64,000 bases of DNA from Candidatus Saccharimonadales bacterium (GCA_035280845.1 DATEFB010000002.1:61183-125182); one strand, 5' to 3'. Counted from the first letter of the stretch, positions 32,040 through 40,716 are shown. Translations and numbers: made by a program. Notes: generated from the letters alone by a model not told the origin.

Positions 32040-32508
32040 TGGCCAGCTCCATCAGCCGGGATTTGTTGGCGAGCAGCCGGTCACGGAAGGAGTAGTCGTA
32101 AAAATGAGAACCTGCCTGTAGCATAAGGCCGCCGCCAATATCGGTCCGAATGGCGAATGTTAGCAAACTATGCGGGTGCACTTGTGTGCGGAACCACACT
32201 GTCAGCTGGCGCCGCAACGTGCGCCCTGCGCTGCCTGCAAGCGTCAGGTGCATGACTGGAGCCTTTTTAAGCACCTGGCTCAGTTCTTTGCTGAGTGCGT
32301 CAAGAGTAGGCCCATCAGTGGCTGAAACAGCACTGCCTTTTAAAAGGCCAAGCAGTGCATCGGAGGCATCTGGTGGTTCGATTTTAGACTTGGCGGTTTT
32401 TGCCCGCACGCCCGCATCGCGGAGTTTGCCCCGGTATGCCTGTAGCTCGGCAACAAGGCTGCTAAGCTGGTCGGGCGACGTAACGTCAACGGGTAGATGC
32501 ACACTCAT
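32029..32508 (-). CDS. atpH: F-type ATP synthase delta (OSCP) subunit
   Basis: 159 aa. Called from its position between b and alpha and from the C-terminal pattern IGGGLMLQAGSHFYDYSFRDRL. Confidence 0.7.
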   Translation of the reverse strand: MSVHLPVDVTSPDQLSSLVAELQAYRGKLRDAGVRAKTAKSKIEPPDASDALLGLLKGSAVSATDGPTLDALSKELSQVLKKAPVMHLTLAGSAGRTLRRQLTVWFRTQVHPHSLLTFAIRTDIGGGLMLQAGSHFYDYSFRDRLLANKSRLMELASVR

Positions 32509-33107
32509 GTCACAATATCTTTCTTGATCTGTTCTTTATTGGCCTCGAGTGTTTGCAGAATGTAGTCCGTTTGCGCGCCAAGGTCGACCTGGTTGCCCAG
32601 GGATTCAGCAATATAGCTGGTTACAACGTCGTTAATGCGTTCGTTAAAGTGGGCAAGGCGCTTATCTTGCTCTTCGGCGACCAGGCGGTCGACATGTTCA
32701 ATAAGTTCCAGGCGGCGGTGGTCGAGCTCGGCCTGGATTTTGCTAAACTGCTCAATCGTTTGGTCTCGAAGTGCACCAAGACTGACCTGGTATTTCTCGA
32801 ATTCAGCAATAAGGTCGGTGCTTAACCGGTCGTTAATATCTGCCGCAACTTGGTCGACGCTGTTATTGAGTGATTTTTGCAGTCGTTGGGCGGCATCCTG
32901 GGCAGCAGATTGTAACTGGGCTTTGGCGGCCTTTTGTATTTCTTCGAGGTCAACATCAGAGAAGACCTTTGTTCCCTCAAGGTGGATTTCGTAAATTTTC
33001 GGCGCTGGTTTTTGCCGCGCCTTTCGGTCCTGGAAAGAGGCCCAGGTCAGGGCTGCCAAGTTAACAAGCACCAGTAGTGCTACGAGGCTAAGCTGCAATC
33101 CGTCCAC
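32505..33107 (-). CDS. atpF: F-type ATP synthase b subunit (peripheral stalk)
   Basis: 200 aa with one N-terminal TM helix and a long charged coiled coil. The GTG start is preceded by an AAGGTGGGG Shine-Dalgarno sequence. Confidence 0.7.
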   Translation of the reverse strand: MDGLQLSLVALLVLVNLAALTWASFQDRKARQKPAPKIYEIHLEGTKVFSDVDLEEIQKAAKAQLQSAAQDAAQRLQKSLNNSVDQVAADINDRLSTDLIAEFEKYQVSLGALRDQTIEQFSKIQAELDHRRLELIEHVDRLVAEEQDKRLAHFNERINDVVTSYIAESLGNQVDLGAQTDYILQTLEANKEQIKKDIVT

Positions 33108-33119
33108 GAATACCCCACC

Positions 33120-33923
33120 TTACGTTGATAAGATTAAATATATCGTAATAAGCGCTAGCAGTAAAATGGCGATAGTGATTGCGCCAATCTGGAGCAGGCT
33201 TTTACGTACCGAAACTTCAGAGAGCGGGTTGCGCCCAATCGAAATAATACTGGATTTGACAGAGGCGTATAGCAATACGGCGATACTAAGGAACGACAAA
33301 AGCATAATAATGGCGGCAATCATCACCCGGACTGGTGAAACTTCTTTGCCAACCACGCCGTTGGCAAAGTCCTGCAAAAACGACGGCAAAAACGATGATT
33401 TGTCAGAGGCTGCGGCGTAAAACGTAACGTTCACCTGCACAGGAATCAGCCCGACTTTAACGGTATGCTCTTGTCCGTCGGCATCTTTAACAGTGTGGCT
33501 GGTTGTTTCAACGGAATTTAGATCAGCCTGGGCCGAACCGACCACAATATTACTCAGAGTCGCCTTCATGCCCGCGCCTTCAATGGGCGAGGCGGTAATC
33601 TTGTCGCCAGTTTTTACTTCGCCATTAATGTCACTGACAAGTGTTGTGGTGACGCCGCTGGTAACGATTTGCACGGTTTGGCCGCCATCGGTCAGGGTAA
33701 TGAGGGGGTTCTCACCAATAACGCCAACGAGCTGGTCAACACGGTCCTGGTTGGCAAGCTCAACGTTGTTCGGGCTGCTTTCTTTGAGGCTCATGAGCGC
33801 GCCTGGCTTCAGGTTTGTCTCGGACGTCTCGAAACCCTGGGCGATTGCTGAGGCCGTGACTGCGTTTGTGCCGCCACTAAAAATCGTGAACACTAACAGG
33901 GCGCACACGCTTGCGCATGCCAA
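33120..33923 (-). CDS. Exported protein with a C-terminal two-helix hairpin resembling an ATP synthase c subunit; first gene of the atp operon
   Basis: 267 aa, ending 12 nt before atpF. It has a signal-like N-terminus (ACASVCALLVFTIFSGGTNAVTASA) and a ~170-aa soluble domain. The C-terminus then reads VMIAAIIMLLSFLSIAVLLYA-SVKSSIISIGRNPLSEVSVRKS-LLQIGAITIAILLLALITIYLIL. Compare the c-subunit helix-loop(ARQPE)-helix. The start codon is uncertain (TTG at 33923). Confidence 0.6.
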   Translation of the reverse strand: MACASVCALLVFTIFSGGTNAVTASAIAQGFETSETNLKPGALMSLKESSPNNVELANQDRVDQLVGVIGENPLITLTDGGQTVQIVTSGVTTTLVSDINGEVKTGDKITASPIEGAGMKATLSNIVVGSAQADLNSVETTSHTVKDADGQEHTVKVGLIPVQVNVTFYAAASDKSSFLPSFLQDFANGVVGKEVSPVRVMIAAIIMLLSFLSIAVLLYASVKSSIISIGRNPLSEVSVRKSLLQIGAITIAILLLALITIYLILST

Positions 33924-34038
33924 CCGGCGGATGGTATGTCTGTGACGGTCGGACGTATCTGCCCCCTGAAGTTAATGCTTATGATTATAGCGTAATTATA
34001 CGGAGCACGATATGTGGTGTTGTGAGATTTTCAGCACG

Positions 34039-35571
34039 TCAGGGCGCAATTGCAATGTCGTCGCCCAGGTGTTTTTTGAGCCTCGCGGCAATCCCGCCGG
34101 GTTGGCGCTGTAGGATCTCCGAGAGTTTTGCTAGGCCAGCGCCATCCTTATGATGCTTAAGTAATAGTTCATCGTCGGTTTTCTTCCAGGGTTTAAATGC
34201 GTTTGGGTAGGTCTCGCGCATTTTCGCTATCTTTTGAGCCCAGTCCGACGCTGCCTTTTCTTTTTTGGGCTGAGCAGCTTCTTTTTTGGCGCGTTCTGCA
34301 GCTTTTTCTTCCAGGTGCTGCAGACGTTCGTGGTCTTTTTTGGATCGCGCCTGCAATAGTTCATTGATTTCGAGCGCGTCGCGGCTGACCTGCAGTGCCA
34401 TGCGGTTAATGCCAATCAGGCTTAGCGCGTCGAGTCGTTTGACGCGGCTGAGCGCTACGTACCCCATGCCCTCTACGAATGCTTTCCGAAGGTCAATGCG
34501 CGCGGCATCGAGCGTCATACCCTGGCTTTTGTGCACGGTAATTGCCCAAGCTAAACGGAGCGGCAGCTGGGTGAGGCTGGCACGCTTTTTATCGCCGTCG
34601 CGGAGTTCCCAGACTTCGGGCGTCACAACAACGGTGCGGCCATTGCGCAGCTCGACAACTGGGTAGCGCGTGCCTTCATCGAAATCTTTCACAATGCCCA
34701 AGCTGCCGTTTACATAGCGTTTGTCCTGGCTGTTTTTTATGCACATGACAAGGGCGCCTTTTTTTAGCACCAACTCTTCGGGTGCCAGGCACGAGCGTTT
34801 CAGTGTTGCGACATAGTTTTCTTTGCCGGTGGTTTGCATGGTGTATACGCAGGCATCGGCGTCGAGTTTTTGCAGTGCCTGCTCGTTAATGCGGTCAACG
34901 TCAATGTTTACGGTATGTAATTCCGTAACTTCCTGGCCACCCGACAAATCAGCGCCGATGCGCTCAAGCAGTGCTTCAGCATGGCGGCGACGGACGTCAC
35001 CCCCACGGATTGCGGTCAGAATCTCCAGGAAGTTGTCATCGTTTTGGCGGTGCTGTTCACTCAAATAACAAATGACAGGGTCGAGGCGCTCCCAGCTGTT
35101 GCTGTGCACAACAAACCCGCCTTCACGGCTGTCGCTGCGGTTTACAGGCGGGAGCTGAAAAAAGTCACCGCACAAAATAACCTGGATGCCGCCAAAAGGT
35201 TTGTCGTTGCGGCGGAGCTTGCGGGCGACTTCCTCTACCATATCGAGGCGGTAGTCGTGTAGCATTGAAATTTCGTCGATAATAAGGACGTCGGTTTTTT
35301 CGATGATATCGCGCCGACCCTTTGGCAGGTCTTTCCAAAAATGGTCGGGCAGCTCGTCGTGGATGCCAATGCCACTCCAGGCATGGATGGTGCTGCCACC
35401 TAGGTGGCTTGCAGCCAGGCCGGTCGTTGCCGTTACTGCGACAACTTTGCCATCATCTTTGGCGCATTTAATAAACTCATTTAAAACATAAGTTTTGCCT
35501 GCTCCGGCCTGGCCGGTCAGTAAAACGCTATGCCCCTCCAGCATAATCTCTAAAGCTAATGCTTGCTTCAC
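34039..35571 (-). CDS. PIF1/RecD-family ATP-dependent DNA helicase with a C-terminal HTH-like tail
   Basis: 510 aa with Walker A GQAGAGKTY, Walker B IIDEISML, and the motifs ITVHKSQG and YVALSRV. Confidence 0.9.
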   Translation of the reverse strand: MKQALALEIMLEGHSVLLTGQAGAGKTYVLNEFIKCAKDDGKVVAVTATTGLAASHLGGSTIHAWSGIGIHDELPDHFWKDLPKGRRDIIEKTDVLIIDEISMLHDYRLDMVEEVARKLRRNDKPFGGIQVILCGDFFQLPPVNRSDSREGGFVVHSNSWERLDPVICYLSEQHRQNDDNFLEILTAIRGGDVRRRHAEALLERIGADLSGGQEVTELHTVNIDVDRINEQALQKLDADACVYTMQTTGKENYVATLKRSCLAPEELVLKKGALVMCIKNSQDKRYVNGSLGIVKDFDEGTRYPVVELRNGRTVVVTPEVWELRDGDKKRASLTQLPLRLAWAITVHKSQGMTLDAARIDLRKAFVEGMGYVALSRVKRLDALSLIGINRMALQVSRDALEINELLQARSKKDHERLQHLEEKAAERAKKEAAQPKKEKAASDWAQKIAKMRETYPNAFKPWKKTDDELLLKHHKDGAGLAKLSEILQRQPGGIAARLKKHLGDDIAIAP

Positions 35572-35622
35572 AGGCGAAAGTATATCATGCGTTCACTGGC
35601 GAGCGAACGCTAAAACACAAAT

Positions 35623-35745
35623 CTACAACCCTTTAATAATGACCTGGTTGCGGTTGGGTTTTGGCAAGACGACAGCAGAAGCCGGCCGGCCGGTTTTGGC
35701 AGGTGCTTTTGGCTTTGTGACGAATCCGCGAAACAGGTCTTTCAT
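35623..35745 (-). CDS. Possible 40-aa basic small protein (MKDLFRGFVTKPKAPAKTGRPASAVVLPKPNRNQVIIKGL)
   Basis: Hand-found ORF between the 3-TM gene and the helicase. It has no clear Shine-Dalgarno sequence, but TATACT/TATAAG boxes lie immediately upstream. Confidence 0.2.
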   Translation of the reverse strand: MKDLFRGFVTKPKAPAKTGRPASAVVLPKPNRNQVIIKGL

Positions 35746-35750
35746 ACTAC

Positions 35751-36206
35751 TTATAGTATAGCAAATAATGCTAACGTTCCTAGTCCGGTTAGTACGATTG
35801 AAAGCACGCAGTACCGCCAGCGCTGTGTGTTCAGGGCGGAGTTGACGTGGATCGCGTCTTTTGTGTCGGAAATAAGCTGCAGGACAAGAGTGTCTTGGTC
35901 GTAGCCAAGGTATTCAGGGTGTTCGTCCAGGTCGATGCTGGCGCCACTGTAGGCCCGCGGCCAGATTGCCATAATGTTCAGCAGCAGCGACAGGATATAC
36001 GGCAATATAACCAACGTAATCTGCACCCAGCTGTGCGGTTGTAGTGCCGCTTGGCCCAGAAAAAGCAGCAGTGCCACGTTGGTTGCCAGCATGGCCAGGG
36101 CTTTTGTATCAATGCTGTCGCTGTTATCGAACGTCAGCATTAATTGGTTCTGCTGGGTGTTCAGCAGAGGCTCAAGGTTATTCAGATCGTTTTTTACTTC
36201 GGCCAT
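35751..36206 (-). CDS. Hypothetical 3-TM membrane protein (weak resemblance to Pycsar/SLATT-type TM effector domains)
   Basis: 151 aa. A DxxDTKA motif (DSIDTKALAMLATNVALLLFLG) precedes the first TM helix, and two further TM helices follow. Confidence 0.55.
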   Translation of the reverse strand: MAEVKNDLNNLEPLLNTQQNQLMLTFDNSDSIDTKALAMLATNVALLLFLGQAALQPHSWVQITLVILPYILSLLLNIMAIWPRAYSGASIDLDEHPEYLGYDQDTLVLQLISDTKDAIHVNSALNTQRWRYCVLSIVLTGLGTLALFAIL

Positions 36207-36227
36207 TACAGCGTGAGTATAACAAAT

Positions 36228-36767
36228 TTAGGCGCCAGGTTTTATGTTACGCAGGACTTGCTGGGCCGTTTCTTGCGGCGTCAGGTGGGTTGTATTAATG
36301 GTGATGCTTTTTTCACCAGGAAGCGGGCTGTCAAAATCGTAGCCGTCGAGCATTGGCTGCAAAATTGCGGGGTCAGTGATTTTTGCAGTGCCTACGCGTG
36401 ATGCGTCGATTGTTCGCTCAAGCAGCACCCGTTTTTTAGCTCGCAGGTGAATAAGGTGCAGTTCAACGGTGTGGGTTTGGGCCGCCTCTTGCATTGTTTG
36501 CAAAAACGCAACATCAGCCTGCGAACTGACCGTGAACGTAAAAGGAAAGATCACATCCTGCCGACTGTAACGCATAGCCGCATTTAAAATCTGAAGCTGC
36601 AAGCTATACGAAAGGGTCACGAGCTCGGCGTCATTGCTAATGACCGGGCTGATGAGCTCGACCACTTTATGGTTATCGAAGACGTGCGTATTGCCAGCTT
36701 TCGCCAGCTCGCGCGCCACGGTGAGTTTGCCGACTGCGGGAGGTCCGTATAAAACAATGCATTTCAT
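36228..36767 (-). CDS. P-loop NTPase / small-molecule kinase-like protein
   Basis: I trimmed the 430-aa track ORF to the ATG at 36767, giving MKCIVLYGPPAVGKLTVARELA (Walker A). The upstream 250 codons are Ser/Ala/Arg-rich and antisense to the next gene. Confidence 0.65.
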   Translation of the reverse strand: MKCIVLYGPPAVGKLTVARELAKAGNTHVFDNHKVVELISPVISNDAELVTLSYSLQLQILNAAMRYSRQDVIFPFTFTVSSQADVAFLQTMQEAAQTHTVELHLIHLRAKKRVLLERTIDASRVGTAKITDPAILQPMLDGYDFDSPLPGEKSITINTTHLTPQETAQQVLRNIKPGA

Positions 36768-36799
36768 CGTTTCAATAATAGCATGTGCGGTATGCGGTA

Positions 36800-36828
36800 T
36801 TGTCAATTTACCTCTGTTATGGTATAGT
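36800..36828 (+). promoter_or_regulatory. Candidate promoter with a very short leader
   Basis: TTGTCA, a 17-nt spacer, then TATAGT, ending 12 nt before the ATG at 36841. No Shine-Dalgarno sequence is present. Confidence 0.5.
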
Positions 36829-36840
36829 GCAGGCGACTTT

Positions 36841-38307
36841 ATGGAACGCCCAGCCCCATTTGTTGCGCCACCTGAGCGCGTTGCCGACCTTGAGCCCGCT
36901 AAACAAAAACAGCGTTGGAATTTTTTTGAAATGTTCAAAAAACGCGATGAACCAGCTTCGCTCGAGAGCACACCGACAGCCGAAGCCGCGCTAGGGCAAC
37001 GGCAAGACAAACGCCCGGATGTTTCGTACATCCACCCAGAGCACCGCGAATTTGCGGCAACGGTCATGTCTCTGCTGCGGGGCGAGAGCAAGCGACAGGA
37101 AGCCGCCGAGACGTCATTTTCGGGCGAGGCCGTGCTGGCTGCAGAGCGAGTGACCCGGCCGCATGCCGGTGAAGCGGTTGCCGCCCCCGAATTCATACCG
37201 CCAGTCCAAGTGGAGCAAATCCCTTTTGTTGAGCGTGCCAAAGAAATGGGCAGGGGAGTGCTGCGGATGATTTCGCGTACCCGCGATGAAGTAACACAGG
37301 CCGACGGTGCAGAACCTAGCGTGAACCCAACCGACCTGGAACCACTTGCCGTGGCCGATGCCGATGTGCGTGCTGCAATGGAAGAACTAGTTGCGCCGAT
37401 TGAGGCGTTGCAAGCGCCAATGCAGTCAGCGCCAGGCGACTCTATTGAGGCTGCCGTGCTTTCTGGTGGTGACCGCGACCCTTCTATTTTGTTTGAGCCA
37501 AAAACGCCACTGGCGCGCACACTGCAGGTCGCCGCAGCGGTTGCCAGCGTGACCGCCCGCGAGGTGCTTCACGCTAAAGAGCGGGCATTAAGCCGCACCG
37601 GCATGGCCCGCAAAATGGGGTTGTTTGCGTTGGGTGCAGCAACCGTTGGCGGGTTTGTATATACCTGGAATCGCATGCGTGACATTAAAAAAGAGCAGCG
37701 CGAAATGCGGCGTGACCACAAACGGTTCGAAGCCGAGGTGCGCGAAGCGCAGGCCAAAGAAGAGCGTCGTTTGCACGAGCTGGAAGAAACGAACGTGCAG
37801 CGCTTAAGCCAGCCCGAACGGCAACAGTATGTTGAACAAGTGAGCGAGTTTGCCCACAAGCAGGCCTCCGAGATCCGGACGGCTGCCCGCACCCGCGAGA
37901 TTTTGTACCAGCCAACGAACGAGGCTCCTGTTGAAGCGCCCCTCCGCCAAACTCGCCCTGTTGTTTTATATGAACAGCCAGCAGCTGCGGGCGCGCCCGA
38001 AACTGTAGCTGTTGCTGCGCCTGAACGCCCGGTTATTGGGTCGGAGAAGAGCAGCATTGTGGAGCGGCTTTCCGGCGTTGTTGGCGGCGTAAAGGGTGCA
38101 TTTGGTGGTGGCATTGGCGGCGCGGGCACGATTGTTGGAGCCACGACGCAAGCGCATGATCCTGATGCGACTCAGTACACCAAACACCCGCAAGCAGCGC
38201 AGGCACCTACGCCAAAACGGCAGTCGTCGCAGGCATGGTTATGGGGCTTTATGCTTGGCGTTTCGGTCGTGGTATTTATCGTGTTGTGGGGGCTCCGCAT
38301 TTTGTAA
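36841..38307 (+). CDS. Hypothetical membrane protein with a charged coiled-coil segment
   Basis: I trimmed the start to the ATG at 36841 (MERPAPFVAPPE...). The N-terminal half is rich in acidic residues and Ala. It has a TM helix (MGLFALGAATVGGFVYTW), a KEQREMRRDHKRFEAEVREAQAKEERRLHELEE coil, and a C-terminal TM helix. Confidence 0.6.
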   Translation: MERPAPFVAPPERVADLEPAKQKQRWNFFEMFKKRDEPASLESTPTAEAALGQRQDKRPDVSYIHPEHREFAATVMSLLRGESKRQEAAETSFSGEAVLAAERVTRPHAGEAVAAPEFIPPVQVEQIPFVERAKEMGRGVLRMISRTRDEVTQADGAEPSVNPTDLEPLAVADADVRAAMEELVAPIEALQAPMQSAPGDSIEAAVLSGGDRDPSILFEPKTPLARTLQVAAAVASVTAREVLHAKERALSRTGMARKMGLFALGAATVGGFVYTWNRMRDIKKEQREMRRDHKRFEAEVREAQAKEERRLHELEETNVQRLSQPERQQYVEQVSEFAHKQASEIRTAARTREILYQPTNEAPVEAPLRQTRPVVLYEQPAAAGAPETVAVAAPERPVIGSEKSSIVERLSGVVGGVKGAFGGGIGGAGTIVGATTQAHDPDATQYTKHPQAAQAPTPKRQSSQAWLWGFMLGVSVVVFIVLWGLRIL

Positions 38308-38356
38308 AACGCCGTTTCGTGTGGCATACTAAATGACGTACATTACCAATTAACCC

Positions 38357-38493
38357 AATATACAGAGTGCAGCGAGGGACCTAGCCCGTCGACCTGCCGG
38401 CAACCTGCGAAAGCAAGGTGCTCCATCTAGCCCGTCCATGCGGGAAAGATATGACGTTCATACCTTTCGCCCATGGGACAGAAAGGTTTTTTT
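38357..38493 (+). promoter_or_regulatory. SAM-I-clan riboswitch (aptamer ~38357-38452) plus a terminator/Shine-Dalgarno-sequestering hairpin (38462-38493)
   Basis: Core elements are CAGAG-UGCAG-CGAGGGAC..CUAGCCC..CUGC-CGGCAACC, followed by UGC-GAAA-GCA, AGGUGCUCC, a CCCG-UCCAUG-CGGG stem-loop and AAAGAUAU. The hairpin ACCTTTC-N12-GAAAGGT plus T6 then abuts the metK ATG. Confidence 0.7.
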
Positions 38494-39624
38494 ATGTCCC
38501 AATACTTTACATCAGAGTCAGTCTGCGCCGGTCACCCCGACAAAGTCTGTGACCAAATTAGCGACGCCATTGTTGATGCGTTGTTCGCACAGGATCCGCA
38601 TAGCCGCGCCGGTGTCGAAACGGCAGTAACTGCCAACCGTGTCGTGCTTATGGGCGAGGTAAACACAAAAGCCAAGGTTGACTTCGAGGCAATTGCCCGC
38701 GCAGAAGTAAAGCGCCTCGGGTATGATTTGCGCGAGCTTGAATTCCATCATGAAGATATTAAAGTCGATGTGTTGATCCGTCAGCAATCAGCAGAGATTG
38801 CCCAGGGCGTCGATGACTCGGGCGAGGGTGAAGGTGCTGGCGACCAAGGCATGATGTTTGGCTATGCCAGCAACGAAACGCCAAACTTTATGCCACTGCC
38901 AATCGAGTTGGCCCACCGCCTGACGTGCCGGTATGACGAGCTCCGCGAAGACGGTACCCTGCCATTCTTACGGCCAGACGGCAAAGCGCAAATTACCGTT
39001 GAGTACAAAGACGGCAAACCAGCAGGCATACACCACGTTGTATCGGCAGTGCCACACGACGAAACCGTTGGGCTTGAAGACGTGCAAAAAGCGTTGTACG
39101 AACACGCGATCCAACCAATTTTAGCCGAATATAATTTGAGCATTGACCCATCGAAGCAATTTGTATTAAACGGTACTGGCGTGTGGCACTTTTCGGGTCC
39201 AGCCGCCGACGCCGGCCTGACCGGACGCAAGATCATTGTCGATACGTACGGCGGATACGCCCGTGTTGGCGGCGGTGCGTTCAGCGGCAAAGACTGCTCT
39301 AAGGTTGACCGTTCTGGCGCGTACGCCGCCCGCTATTTGGCTAAAAACATCGTGGCTGCCGGCCTGGCGGACAAGGCTGAAGTGTCGCTGGCGTACTTCA
39401 TTGGCGCCCACCGCCCGGTCATGCAAGAAGTAGAGACGTTTGGCACAGCAAAAGCCAGCCCAGAAGAAATTAAAACGTTCATGGATTCGCTGCTCGACAC
39501 CTCGGTTCACGGTATTATTGAAGGTTTGGATTTGCGCCGCCCAATCTACAAGCAAACAGCTGCGTATGGGCACTTTGGCCGCACCAACGTGCCATGGGAA
39601 GCTGTTAAAGCAGCGGGTAAATAA
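38494..39624 (+). CDS. metK: S-adenosylmethionine synthetase
   Basis: I trimmed the start to the ATG at 38494 (MSQYFTSESVCAGHPDKVCDQISD). It also has GAGDQGMMFGYA and GGGAFSGKD. Confidence 0.95.
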   Translation: MSQYFTSESVCAGHPDKVCDQISDAIVDALFAQDPHSRAGVETAVTANRVVLMGEVNTKAKVDFEAIARAEVKRLGYDLRELEFHHEDIKVDVLIRQQSAEIAQGVDDSGEGEGAGDQGMMFGYASNETPNFMPLPIELAHRLTCRYDELREDGTLPFLRPDGKAQITVEYKDGKPAGIHHVVSAVPHDETVGLEDVQKALYEHAIQPILAEYNLSIDPSKQFVLNGTGVWHFSGPAADAGLTGRKIIVDTYGGYARVGGGAFSGKDCSKVDRSGAYAARYLAKNIVAAGLADKAEVSLAYFIGAHRPVMQEVETFGTAKASPEEIKTFMDSLLDTSVHGIIEGLDLRRPIYKQTAAYGHFGRTNVPWEAVKAAGK

Positions 39625-40153
39625 CGCCATTTTCCAGCTTTGGCTGGTCGTATAATTCGAGTGGTTTTTTACCGGCTGTAACAACACGCAGCATCCGGCC
39701 AACGCCAACGTGGCAGACGATCAAAATAGTTTTATGCTGTTTGTCTTGCAGGAGCTGGCGCAAGCCGTGCTCGACACGGTGGTTAAAATGCGGCAGTTTT
39801 TCGACACCCACAATATGTTCGACGGCCGGAAAATTACCATTAAGCCGTGGGTTCTGGGCATAGCTTGTGCCCTCGAGTTTGCCTAAATCACGTTCCGAAA
39901 ACTCGGGGATCGTAACAATGTCGGCTGTAGGGTAGCCGGTTTCTTCGGCAATAATCTTTGCAGTGTGCTGGGCGCGCTCCAGCGGCGAGGCGACAATAAG
40001 GTCGATTGCAAGGCCACGCGCATGGCGGCCGGCAGCACGGGCTTGTTCTTTGCCTAGTTCGCTGAGAGGTGTTTCGTGCGTACCACTCACAATTTTGTGG
40101 GCGTTATCTTTTGATTGCCCGTGTCGGACCATGTACATACGCTGCATAAGCAT
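39605..40153 (-). CDS. Histidine phosphatase family protein (phosphoglycerate mutase-like)
   Basis: It has the RHGQS catalytic motif (MYMVRHGQSKDN) and SPLERAQHTA. The start is ambiguous among four ATGs between 40153 and 40132, all right after a TATAAT box. The 3' end overlaps metK by 20 nt. Confidence 0.8.
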   Translation of the reverse strand: MLMQRMYMVRHGQSKDNAHKIVSGTHETPLSELGKEQARAAGRHARGLAIDLIVASPLERAQHTAKIIAEETGYPTADIVTIPEFSERDLGKLEGTSYAQNPRLNGNFPAVEHIVGVEKLPHFNHRVEHGLRQLLQDKQHKTILIVCHVGVGRMLRVVTAGKKPLELYDQPKLENGVIYPLL

Positions 40154-40168
40154 TATTATAGTTCATAC

Positions 40169-40654
40169 ATGGACATCATTAGCTATTACACGAATGCAGA
40201 TGGTGAAGAAGTAAAAAAGAGCGATTCGTTTAAGGTGTTAATGCTGGTCGGCGGCAAGCTCTTATTGATTCATAACGAGCTGACGCCCGATAGGCTGACA
40301 ATGCCAGGCGGTCGGGCGCATGTTGGTGAAACGCTGCAGCAAACGCTGGAGCGTGAATTTTTTGAAGAGACAGGTGTGCCCGCTGCATTGCATGTTGGCG
40401 CGCTGGTCTACGAGCAGCGGCATGTATTCCGTTCGCCCGTTACTGAAGTTCTTTGTGACATGACAAACCACTATTACACCTGCGCCCCTGCTGATTATGC
40501 AGCGGTGCGAGGCCTGCATTTTTACGATTTGGACGTTGCCGAAAGCACTGTTTCATACATTCACGAAAAAGGCGCTGTTCGTGCGCTGCGCGACAGCCTG
40601 GGCATGGGGCATATTGGCGATCATGCATCTACGCCAATTCCAGTTGGATTGTAG
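40169..40654 (+). CDS. NUDIX hydrolase
   Basis: I trimmed the start to the ATG at 40169. The Nudix box is GGRAHVGETLQQTLEREFFEETGV. Confidence 0.8.
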   Translation: MDIISYYTNADGEEVKKSDSFKVLMLVGGKLLLIHNELTPDRLTMPGGRAHVGETLQQTLEREFFEETGVPAALHVGALVYEQRHVFRSPVTEVLCDMTNHYYTCAPADYAAVRGLHFYDLDVAESTVSYIHEKGAVRALRDSLGMGHIGDHASTPIPVGL

Positions 40655-40716
40655 TTATTCGGGTCGCTGAAATGTGCATGGTGCTTCCGCCCTAGCGTGG
40701 TATATACTCTCGCACA

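Noticed and set aside
35681-35693. The GCCGGCCGGCCGG palindrome in the helicase upstream region.
   Set aside because: It is short and isolated, lies within the possible 40-codon ORF, and has no flanking T-run or partner repeat. There is not enough to call a regulatory site.
36768-37520. The N-terminal 250 codons of the 430-aa minus-strand track ORF (36228-37520).
   Set aside because: This part is Ser/Ala/Arg/Gly-rich low-complexity sequence lying antisense to the better-supported + strand gene at 36841-38307. A clean Walker-A N-terminus (MKCIVLYGPPAVGK) starts at the internal ATG at 36767, so I trimmed the CDS.
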